64,000 nucleotides of DNA from Planctomycetota bacterium (GTDB taxonomy: Bacteria > Planctomycetota > J058 > J103): the NCBI GenBank assembly GCA_026004615.1, contig BPJM01000001.1, forward strand, positions 443,482 to 507,481. Direction: 5' to 3'. Below are positions 35,784-45,478 of the stretch, one piece after another. Under the pieces are notes generated by a model. It did not search any database. It saw only the letters and a program-made list of their open reading frames with translations, and was not told the origin of the DNA. A program made the translations under genes and the position numbers. Position 1 is the stretch's first letter. Each line of letters begins with the position of its first letter.

Positions 35784-38366
35784 ATGAGCGGTGTGAGCGG
35801 GGTCGGACCGGGCAGCCCGGGCTGGGAGCCGGGTACGCAGCCGGCGGAGACCGTCGATCCGGAGGCGGTGGCGGAGCTGCTCTCGGGCCTGCGCAACATC
35901 CACGACGCCAGCCAGCCCTGGATGCCGCGCTGGCTGGTGCGCTGGCTGGATGGCGACTCCAACGTGGCGTCGCTCGCGCGCAGCGTGCTCGCGGACAACC
36001 GCGTGACCGCCGAGGAGGTGCGCCGCCTGGTGAGCAGCGCCTATGACTATGGCGCGATGCAGCCGGGCGAGAAGCGCATCCTGACGACGCTGCTCAACGA
36101 GCACGCAGCCAAGTTCGAGCCGGTGGCGCGCGAGGCGCTGGCGCAGTTCCTCGGCGTGCCCAACCCGCTGCCGGCGGGACCGGCGGCTTCGAGCGGGCCG
36201 GCCGGGCCGGCCGAGCCGGCCGCGCCCACCGGCGGCCCCCGCGCCTCCGACCTGGTGCCGGCGCACATCCTGACGCGCCACGGGCTCGACCCGAACAAGA
36301 TGACGACCGAGTCGAAGTACGAGGGCCACGAGTGGAACGTGGGCTACTATCCCTACTCGGGTGACGTGCAGTACGAGGCCTTCGGCAAGTTCCGCAACGT
36401 GTTCGGCCACGGGGGCGAGGACGGCCACGCCTACTTCGAGTTCTACTCCAACCCGCCCAGCGGACTGGAGCCGGGTTCGTGGATCGCGCGCGGGCACATC
36501 CGCGAGGACGACTTCGAGGCGACCGCCGGGGTCGACATCAACGGCACGCGGCCGGTCTCCAACGAGCTGTACCGGGAGATCCGCGAGGCGGGGGCGCCGG
36601 CCGGCGCCCGCTTCGCGGTGCTGGACGCGAACGGCCGCCAGCTCCCCTTCGGCGCCGGCGACCGGCTGGTGCCGACGGTGATGCAGAACGGCCGCCCGGT
36701 GGAGACCCAGGACCGCAGCGGCAGCGACGTGGTCTGGCGCATCAAGCGCGCCGACGGCACGATCGAGGCCGGCGGCGTGCCCAAGTCGCGGCAGGAGGTG
36801 CTGGGGCTGGCGAACGGGGTGAAGTTCGACTTCCTCGATGCGACCGGCCGCCTGGTCGGCTTCAGCCCGCGCAGCGGCGACCGCATCGTCGAGACCTTCC
36901 AGGACGGCGAGCGGTGGCACGCCTTCGCGCGGCTGGATGACGGCCGCTTCCAGCACCAGGTCATCGAGGGGGGCCGGATCGCGCGCACCGAGACCATCGA
37001 CGCCGCGGCCAAGGAGCGGCTCACCCGCGGCCGGGAGCTCATCCACCGGGTGCAGGCGCGCGACGGCACCCTCAAGGGCGATGGCAAGGTCGGCGGCGAC
37101 TACAACATGGGCTGGTGGGGCAAGTGCCACAACGTCGCCTCGCTGTCGACCTCCAACTTCCCGCGGCCGGAGAACCCGGTGCGGGTGGTCAACAACCTCG
37201 AACGCGGCGAGACGCTGGCGCTGCAGTACGGCAACAACGTGCTGCGGCCGCAGCAGGACGGCGGCTACCTCCACGAGGTGCGGGAGGGCAACCAGGTCCG
37301 CAGCTCGCGGGCGATCTCGGCGGAGGAGGCGCAGCGGCTGGCGGAGGAAAACGGTGCCAACCCGGTCATCGTCCGCCGCGACGGCAGCCTCAAGCGGGCC
37401 GAATACGAGACCTTCACCCCGCGCGATCTCGATGCGCTGGTCGCGCACATCGGCGACGGTGCGGTGGAATACAAGAGCGGCGCCGGCGCCCGCTACTACG
37501 GCCACCCGGACATCCTGGTCACCAAGGACGGGCGGCAGATCCAGGCGCACATCGTGTCGGTCAAGACCCGGAGCGGCAAGACCGAGACCATCGGCAGCCG
37601 CAGCGGCTTCGAGTTCCACGAGACGACGCGCGATCCGCTGCGCGCCCCCGGCATGCAGAGCCGCACCTACAACTGGGGCGGGCGCAGCTATGCCTTCAAC
37701 GTCCAGGACATGGCCGGGCTCAACCGCTATCGCGAGGACGACATCACCGAGCTGACGGTGGTGCACCCCGACGGGCGGGAGGAGACGATCCGGGCCAACG
37801 AGCTGGACCTGATCGCCTGGGAGAACCAGAACGACTTCCGGCCCGACCAGCTGTGGGCGCTGCACAAGACGGTGGGCAAGGATGGCTCGACCGTGATCGA
37901 GACCGCGATCGGCACCCAGGTCTGGAACTACGCCGCCCGCGAGGTCGCGACCCGGCCGCTCGATCCGGCGAGCCTCAGCGCCTCCGAGCGCGAGGCGGCG
38001 GCGCGGCCCGGCATGATGACGGGCAGCGTCGGCGAGCAGGGCAAGTACTACTTCGAGACCACGATCCGGACCGACGGGCCGACGCGGACGCTGCGCTACT
38101 GGGTCCGGTTCGACGAGCAGGGCAACGTCGCCGACTACGCCTACCTCAACGGCACGCCGCCCGACTTCGTCTGGACCCAGCACGTCCGCGATCCGTACAC
38201 CACGCGCTGGACCGGCGAGTCGCAGGCCCCGGGCATCTCGAACGCCGAGGTGCAGCGGCTGTACCTGGCCTCGCGGGGCGCCTTCCCGGAGGCGACCCTT
38301 CCCGGTGGCGTGATTGCGCGCGAGGCGCTCATGAACGCGCGCCCGGTGCGGCCCGGCGAGCGCTGA
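35784..38366 (+). CDS. Large hypothetical protein, 860 aa; possible Cys-His (transglutaminase/papain-like) core
   Basis: ATG at 35784 (GGAGGGGG upstream) within ORF 35700..38366. It is uninterrupted, with non-repetitive coding-like composition. The motif NMGWWGKCHNVASLS is reminiscent of a nucleophile Cys context. No signal peptide is evident. The function call is speculative. Confidence 0.7.
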   Translation: MSGVSGVGPGSPGWEPGTQPAETVDPEAVAELLSGLRNIHDASQPWMPRWLVRWLDGDSNVASLARSVLADNRVTAEEVRRLVSSAYDYGAMQPGEKRILTTLLNEHAAKFEPVAREALAQFLGVPNPLPAGPAASSGPAGPAEPAAPTGGPRASDLVPAHILTRHGLDPNKMTTESKYEGHEWNVGYYPYSGDVQYEAFGKFRNVFGHGGEDGHAYFEFYSNPPSGLEPGSWIARGHIREDDFEATAGVDINGTRPVSNELYREIREAGAPAGARFAVLDANGRQLPFGAGDRLVPTVMQNGRPVETQDRSGSDVVWRIKRADGTIEAGGVPKSRQEVLGLANGVKFDFLDATGRLVGFSPRSGDRIVETFQDGERWHAFARLDDGRFQHQVIEGGRIARTETIDAAAKERLTRGRELIHRVQARDGTLKGDGKVGGDYNMGWWGKCHNVASLSTSNFPRPENPVRVVNNLERGETLALQYGNNVLRPQQDGGYLHEVREGNQVRSSRAISAEEAQRLAEENGANPVIVRRDGSLKRAEYETFTPRDLDALVAHIGDGAVEYKSGAGARYYGHPDILVTKDGRQIQAHIVSVKTRSGKTETIGSRSGFEFHETTRDPLRAPGMQSRTYNWGGRSYAFNVQDMAGLNRYREDDITELTVVHPDGREETIRANELDLIAWENQNDFRPDQLWALHKTVGKDGSTVIETAIGTQVWNYAAREVATRPLDPASLSASEREAAARPGMMTGSVGEQGKYYFETTIRTDGPTRTLRYWVRFDEQGNVADYAYLNGTPPDFVWTQHVRDPYTTRWTGESQAPGISNAEVQRLYLASRGAFPEATLPGGVIAREALMNARPVRPGER

Positions 38367-38439
38367 GCGGCAGGACAACGAGACGGGTGCCGGAGCCGGG
38401 AGCAAGGGTCCGGTCCCACTTCGCAGGGGAGGACCGCGC

Positions 38440-38790
38440 ATGTCGTTCATGGGCAAGATCGACGGCAACACGCAGTACGCGGGCGGAGCGGAGGAGCTGG
38501 AGCGCACGATCGACCACGCCGCCTCGGCGAAGGAGAACCTGCGCCAGGCGGGCCGGCACCTCCAGGAGATGCTCACACCCGACAAGATCCGGCAAGCCGC
38601 GCAGATGTTCGAGGTCGGCAGCGACTCGGTGCTGTTCGGCTTCGGCATCGCCTTCGGCACCATGATGATGCCCTTCATGGCGGCCCTCGACGCGCTCGAT
38701 CTGGTCGTCCAGCCGTTCGCGGCGTTGAAGGACGCGGCGGACGCGGCGGTGCACGGGGTGATCGCCGGCTTCAAGAAGCTGGTCGGCTGA
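38440..38790 (+). CDS. Small hypothetical protein, 116 aa, hydrophobic C-terminal half
   Basis: ORF 38440..38790: helical polar N-half (AEELERTIDHAASAKENLRQAGRHLQEML) and hydrophobic segment VLFGFGIAFGTMMMPFMAALDALDLVV. Confidence 0.5.
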   Translation: MSFMGKIDGNTQYAGGAEELERTIDHAASAKENLRQAGRHLQEMLTPDKIRQAAQMFEVGSDSVLFGFGIAFGTMMMPFMAALDALDLVVQPFAALKDAADAAVHGVIAGFKKLVG

Positions 38791-38947
38791 AGGCCCCGGC
38801 CTGTTGCGCGGGTGGCGGGGATGCACGGCTCGCCCCCTCGCCGGGGGGGCCCGCGTCGCGGTCATGTCGCGGTCTTTTTCCCCAGGCCGGCGCGGGCGCG
38901 AGCGGGAGGGCGCGGCGGAGCGGCGCGGCGCTGCGGCGGCGCGCGCC

Positions 38948-41900
38948 ATGAGGGGATCGGGCCGGATCGGCGCCCTCGCCGCCGCGCTGCTCGGCGCCGC
39001 TGTGGCATGCCTTCTCGGCGGCTGCGGCTACATCGCCGCCGGGCTCGCCGCCGCCATCGCGACCGGCGGCGGCGCGGGCGGCGGCTCGCGCAACGCGCGG
39101 CCGGTCGTCTCCGATTTGCTCGCCACCACCGACAGCGGGACCGATCGCGATGCCGACGGCCTGATCCAGCTCTCGTTCACCGTGAGTGACCCGGAGGGCG
39201 ACCCGGTCCGCATCGAGGTCGAGGTCGCGCCCGGCGGCGGCGACGCCTTCACGCTCGCCGCCACCGCCGCGGCGGCGAGCCCGCCCACCGAGGGGCTCGC
39301 GGCCCCGCCGGGCGGACAGCGCTACACGCCGGGCTTCGTCTGGGACTACGGCGCGCAGCTCGGCCCGGCGCCGCGCACGGTGGCCCTGCGCGTGCGCGTG
39401 TTCGATGCGGGGGGCGAGGGGACGTCCGCCCGCACCAGCCCGCTGCTCGTCGGCAACGATCCGCCCGAGCTGACCGCGGTCGCGATCGACGGCACCAGCG
39501 GCAACGTCATCGTCCGCTATACGCTGCGCGATTCCACCGGCGACCTCGCCGCGGTGCGCCCCTCGTTTTCGATCGGCGGTGGCCCGTTCCAGGCGGTGGC
39601 GCCGGATCACATCGCCGGCGGCGTCACCAGCGCGCTGGTGACCCGCGCGGACGGCAGCGAGGTCAGCTTCGACTTCACCTGGCGCACCTTCGCCGAACCC
39701 GAGCTGCAGGGCGGGCCGGTGCCCGAGGTGCGCATCGCGCTGGTGCCCTCGGATGCCTTCGCGGAGGGAGCCACCCTGACCTCCGATCCGGTCACGATCG
39801 ACAATGGCGAGGACACGCCGCCGATCGTGGCGATCCTCGGCGCCGGCACCGAGAGCGGCATCGCGTCGCTGGACGGCCGCATCCCGGTCCGGTTCGCGCT
39901 GTTCGACAACGAGGCGGCGCTCGATCCGAGCGGGCCGAGCGGCCTGCCGGCGGTGACGGTGGAGGTCCTGGCGCCGGGGGCGCCCTTCCAGCCGGCCACC
40001 GGTCTGGTGGTGCGCCATGGCGGGCGCGAGCTGGGCCTGGCGAGCACCGAGCAGCTGCGCGCCCAGCCCTTCCCGCTCGTGATCGAACAGGGCCCGGAAT
40101 CCAATGTCCACACCTTTCTCTGGGACGCGCTCGCCGACGGGCTCGGCGGGCTCGGCGAGCTGAACGTGCTGGTGCGCATCACCCCGCAGGGTGGCACCCT
40201 CACCGGCCAACCGGCTCTGCTCCCGATGGTGCTCGGGGAGGACGCCCCGCTGCTGCAAGCGGTGGATCCTCCCCTGGGCATCGGCACCGGCGGCGCCCTG
40301 CCGGCCGCGCTCAGGCTCGCGGACCTGAACGAGGACGGACTGCTCGATCTGGTGCACGCGCTGGGAGCCGTGCAGGGCGAGACGCCGAACGGCGGTTTCG
40401 CCGTCCACCTGGCCAGCCCTGGGCACCCGGCACCTTCTCCCCGCCGGCGATCGTGCCCGCGCTCGAGCTGCCGGTCGATCTCGCCCTGCTCGATCTGGAC
40501 CGCGATGGAGCGCTGGACGTCGCGGTGGCGAACTTGCAAAGTCGCGCGGTGAGCCTGCACCGCAACGATGGCGCGGGTGGTTTTGCGGGCGGCTTCACCG
40601 AGGTGTCGCAGTTCCTGCTCCAGCCGCGGGCGCTCGCCGCCGGCGACCTGGACGACGACGGCGCCACGGACCTGGCGGTCGCGGTCGTCGATGGCGACCC
40701 GGCCAGCTTCGATCTGGCAAGGATCTGGTTGGGCGACGGGCGAGGGGGCCTGGTGCAGCCGCCGCCTCCGCTACCCAGCACCTATGCCCTCGGCCCCGAG
40801 CCCAGCATGCTGGCACTCGCCTGGTTCGACTCCGGCGACGAGACTCTGGATCTGTTGGGTATCGGCGCCGACAACTCCGTGCGGGTGCTGCTCGGTCAGG
40901 GCGGCGGCAGCTTGACCACCCCGGCCGCCACCTTCGCCATCGGCAAAGCTCCGGTGGCGCTGGCTCTCGCCGACCTGGACGGCGACGGCAACCTGGACGC
41001 CGCGAGCGCAAACCGGGATGGCAACGACGTCGGAATCAGGCTCGGCGATGGCGCCGGCGGCCTGGCGCCGGGCGCACCGCGCGTGGCCGGCGCCGGTCCC
41101 TCCGCGCTGGCGGCCGGCGATCTCGACGGCGACGGCCACCCCGATCTGCTGGTCGCCAATGAACTCTCCAACGATGTGACCCTGCGCCGCGGTCTGGGTG
41201 GCGGAGAGTTCGGAGCCCAGACCCAACTGCACACCGGCACCGGGCCGGTCTCGCTCGTACTCGGCGACCTCGATCTGGATGGACGGCTCGATGCGGTGGT
41301 GGCCAACGGCGGGCTCGGTACTCTGCGGCTGTTGCGCAATACGGGCGGAGGCGGCCTGGGCGCCGAGCCACCCTTCCTCACCGGTAGCCTTCCCGACCGC
41401 GTCGCGCTCGGCGACCTGGACCGCGACGGCGCCCTCGATCTGCTCGCCAACGACACCCGCGACAACCAGGTCGTGGTGCGACTGGGCAACGGCAGGGCGC
41501 GGTTCAGGGGCTCCCTGAGTCTGGGGATCGGCGCCCAGCCCGCGGACATGGCGCTCGCAGACTTCGATGGCGACGGCATCCTCGATCTCGCGGTGGCGAA
41601 GGCTAGCACCGCCACGCTCAACGTCTACCGCGGCGACGGCGCGGGCGGATTCAGCGCCCCTCTCGCCCTGAGCGTGGGCGCGCAACCGGTCGCACTCGCC
41701 GCCGGCGACCTGAACGACGACGGGGCGCTCGATCTGCTCGCCGCCTGCCTCGCAGAGGGGACGGTCTCGATCCTGTTCGGGCGCGGCGATGGCACGTTCG
41801 AGGACGACGCGCCGCTGGTGGTGCCCTCCGGGGACCCGGCGGCGATTGCGCTCGGCGATCTCGATCACGACGGCGATCTCGACCTCGTGGTCGCGAGCAC

Positions 41901-43497
41901 CAGCCGCGAGCTGAGCGTGTTCCGCAACGAGGGCGGCCAGAGTTTCGCGCTGCTGCCGCCGCCGCTCACCACCTCGGAGGCACAGGTCGACGTGGCGCTG
42001 GCCGATCTGGACGGCGACGGCCATCTCGATCTGCTGGTGCTGGTCGGCACCGGAGCGGAGCTCAGCGTGCGGCGCGGTACCGGCGGCGGCCGCTTCGCCG
42101 GCGAGCAGCGCTTCGCGGTCGGCCTGCGCGCCGGCCGCATGGCGGTGGCGGACCTGGATGGCGATGGCCGCCTCGATGTGGCGGTCACCGACCCCTTCGA
42201 CGGCCGGGTGCACGTGCTGCGCCAGCGGCCGGCAGCCTTCGCCTTCGGCCCGGTCGAGGGCGGGCGGCCCGGCCGCGGGGATGGGCGTGGCGCGGCGCTG
42301 GTGCTGGTGCGGCAGAGCTTCCCGGTCACGGGCAGCCCCGAGGGCATCGCCGCCGGGGACGTGAATGGCGACGGGGTGGCGGACCTGGTGGCGGCGGGCA
42401 GCGGCGGGGTGCAGCCGCTCATCTCGGCGGCGGTCGGCCCCTCCGCTCCGGAAGCTGACCTCGAGCCGGCCTTCGGCCGCCCGCTGCGCCGCCTGCCGGT
42501 GCCGGCCCTGCCGCTCGGGGCGTTCCCCGCCCTGGCGCCGCCGCCCGGCACCCGCCTGCTGGAGGCCTCGCCCGCGATCGCGCTGCTGCCCGAGACGGCG
42601 ATCGCCACCGCCAGTGCGACGCTGGTGCTGCCGCTGCGCGCCGCGCTCACCCGCGAGGAGTTGACCGCGGGCACCTTCCGGATCTTCCGCCACCTGGAGG
42701 GCACCTTCGGCACTCCGGGCCTGCACATCGATCCCCGTTTCGGCACGCACCTGTTCGCGGCGATCGAGGAGGTGGCAGCCGGGGCGGCGATCGTCGATCC
42801 CGCCGCCGGCACCATCTCCCTGCCGGTCGATCGCGCCGGTCGCTATCAGGCCTTCCTCCAGGCGCCGAGTGCGACGGCGTGGCTGGTGCGCGAGACCTTC
42901 GACGCCACCGGCCCCGGCTCGGGGGGGCTGGCGCCGCGGCCATTCGGCTGGTGGGGCAACGGGCTGTGGGAGGTCGGGGTGCCGAGCGCGACCGCGATCG
43001 CCAGCGGCGAGCGGCCGGCGCCGGCGAGCGCGCCGAACCTGCTCGCCTTCGGGCTGCGGCACGCGCCCGCCCGCGCGGAGACCGCCGCGCGGATCGCGGT
43101 GCTGCACAGCGGTGCGTTCCAGCTGCCCGCGGCGCGCGCCGGTCGCACCTTCCGGCTCCGCATGCGGGTCTGGCACGATCTCGCTCCGGGCGACGAGGTG
43201 CGGCTGTCGGTGGCGCTGTTCGGTCCGCTGGGCCCCGCCGAGCAGACCGTGTCCACCTTCACCGGCACCTCGCCCGGCCAGGTCACGCTGAGCGAGGCCG
43301 CGGGGACGGACCCGGTCTTCGAGGCCGATCTCACCGCCGCGCTGTACGACGGCGACCTCGTACGGACCGCCGATCCCGGCGCGCCGCAGGACGTGCTCGC
43401 CGAGCTGCGCTTCACCGCCCGGTTGCAGGCCGGCACCGCTCCCACCGGCCGCGGTTGGTTCGCCGACGACGTCGAGATCCTGAGCGAGGCGCCGTAG
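38948..43497 (+). CDS. Very large FG-GAP/VCBS-repeat lipoprotein (~1515 aa), one frameshift at about 40418-40435
   Basis: ATG at 38948 with a lipobox (LGAAVACLLGGCG) in ORF 38804..40552. After ...GGFAVHLASPG the reading continues in ORF 40453..43497. There are many repeats of the type ADLD(G/R)DG.LDL.VAN....V.VL.G.G.G.F. Confidence 0.75.
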
Positions 43498-43772
43498 CGG
43501 CAGCTGCCGGCCGCGGCCAGCTTTGGGCTAGCTGGGCCGCGGCCCGGCTCACCTCCCGCCGGCGCTCCCGGCCCCGCCGGCCGCACCGCCCCCCGCGCCC
43601 GCCGCCTGGAGCGCGCGCAGGACGCCCTCGGCCTGGGCCCGCAGCACGGCGGCAGTGCCCGGCTCGGCGCCGAGCTCCTCGAGCGCGCGGGCGCGGCGGC
43701 GCGCGGGGACGGCGTTGACCGGGCGGCGGCACGGGATAGACTCGGGCTGAGCGCTGCGGGAGGGCGATTGCG

Positions 43773-45299
43773 ATGGGCGCCGTGCACGGACCGCGGCCCC
43801 TGGACGCGCAGGGCGCGGAATGGGAGCCGGAGGCCGAGGACACCGCGCGGGCGCCGGCCCCTCCGGCAGCGGACAGCGCCCGCGCCGCCCCGGCCAGCCG
43901 CGCGGGCCCGAACGGGGGCCGTCTGGCGGTCGTGGCCGCGCTGGCCGAGGCGGCCGCCGCCGCGCCGCTATCCGGTGGCGAGCTTGCCGCCCCGGTGGGC
44001 CGGCCCGGCGCGCTGGAGCTGGTACCCGGGCGCTGTGCCGACGCGGTGAGCCTGTCCAGCGTGCTGGCCGCGATGCCGCCGGAGCAGGCCGAAGGAGCGC
44101 TCGGGCGGCTGGGCGCGCTGTTGGAGCGCACCACGGGCGTGCGGCCATCCGCGGAGCAGCTCGCCGAGGCCGCTTCCGGAGCCGGGCTGGCACGGCTGGT
44201 CGCGCTCAGCCCGGCCCAGCTCAGCGCCGGCATGGACGCGCTCAACGCCGCCTATCGGGCGGGCGCCCTCGGCGAGCTGCCGCCGCGCCCGCAGCGCCTG
44301 CCGGACGGCTTCGACCTCGCAGAGCTGCCCTCGCTCAGTTTCGAGCTGCCGCAGCCCGAGCTCGAACCGCTCGCACCGGGGCTGTGGCACGGCGACGCGC
44401 CGGGTGCGCTGCCGCCCGCCCGCGCGCGGGCGAACATCGCGGCGGCCGAGATCTTCGACCGCCTGGCGGCCAACGCCGGACTGCCGGAGGGCGAGCGGTT
44501 CTCCGTGCGGTACGCCGGCGGTACCTACACGCGCCTGGATACCTTGCTCGACCGGCTGCTCGCCGACGGGCACACCATCGAGGTGGAGGTCAGGCACCGG
44601 GTCGCCAACTTCGCCAACCTCAAGACCCGGGCGCCCGACGGGCGGCTGCTCGACGTGCCGCTGCCGCTGCTGGTGCGCACCGGGGTGCGGGGGCCGGACG
44701 GCGAGGAGGCGGCGGTGCCGGCGGTGCACTCCGAGCTGGTCTTGCACATCCGGCCCGGCCCCGAGACCGCGGGGCCCGGGCTCACCGCCGACGTCAAGTG
44801 GTACCAGGGCGTGAACGGGACCGGCTTCTTTCCCTGCGACCTGACGGCCAGCCCGGCGTGGTGCGGCGGGGTGGTGACCGAGCGGTGGACCGGCGAGCGC
44901 GCGCGCGAGGCGGCGGCCCTGGCGGGGCTGCTCGGCGAGGCGATCCGGGCGAGCGCCCGCGCGCAGGGACTGGCCGCCGGCGGCTACGGGATCACCGGGG
45001 TGTGCAACGACTCGGTCGCGATCGTGCAGCACGCGCTCAGCGGCCGCGTCACGGGACATCCCCTCCTCATGCGGGATGAGGCGCTGCAGGGCGAGCTCGA
45101 GCGGCGGCTCGCGGAAGGCCCCCGCCGCGATGGCCGGCGCTACCGGCGGCTGCTCGCCTCGATCGCCGCCGTGCCGAGCGACCAGGAGCCGAACGGCAGC
45201 GCGCCCGCGCGCGCGCTCGCCTCGCTGCCCTGGCCCCCGGGACGCGAGCCGCTCGGGGTCGCCATCCACGCCCGCGCCGCCCTCGAGGGCGCCGGCTGA
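43773..45299 (+). CDS. Hypothetical protein, 508 aa
   Basis: ORF 43773..45299. The C-terminal two thirds are coding-like (RFSVRYAGGTYTRLDTLLDRLLADGHTIEVEVRHRVANFANLKT...GYGITGVCNDSVAIVQHAL). The start is uncertain. Confidence 0.55.
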   Translation: MGAVHGPRPLDAQGAEWEPEAEDTARAPAPPAADSARAAPASRAGPNGGRLAVVAALAEAAAAAPLSGGELAAPVGRPGALELVPGRCADAVSLSSVLAAMPPEQAEGALGRLGALLERTTGVRPSAEQLAEAASGAGLARLVALSPAQLSAGMDALNAAYRAGALGELPPRPQRLPDGFDLAELPSLSFELPQPELEPLAPGLWHGDAPGALPPARARANIAAAEIFDRLAANAGLPEGERFSVRYAGGTYTRLDTLLDRLLADGHTIEVEVRHRVANFANLKTRAPDGRLLDVPLPLLVRTGVRGPDGEEAAVPAVHSELVLHIRPGPETAGPGLTADVKWYQGVNGTGFFPCDLTASPAWCGGVVTERWTGERAREAAALAGLLGEAIRASARAQGLAAGGYGITGVCNDSVAIVQHALSGRVTGHPLLMRDEALQGELERRLAEGPRRDGRRYRRLLASIAAVPSDQEPNGSAPARALASLPWPPGREPLGVAIHARAALEGAG

Positions 45300-45478
45300 C
45301 GCCGCAGGAAGCGGCCGCGAAGACCAGCCGGACGGAGGGCGCGCCAGCCCCTCACCCCGACCCTCTCCCCGGAGGGGAGAGGGCGGTGCAGGCCCGGCGC
45401 GGATCGGACTGCTCCCGACGTTCTCCGCGGAGGGAGACGCGGCCTACGGGCGCGCGTGCTGGATTCCTCGGTGGGCGC

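Noticed and set aside
30923-38774. ORFs 30923..34249 (-, 1108 aa) and 34935..38774 (-, 1279 aa)
   Set aside because: They are antisense shadows of the CarboxypepD_reg-repeat gene and the 860-aa gene. Their composition is biased (R/A/G/P) and no motifs are present.
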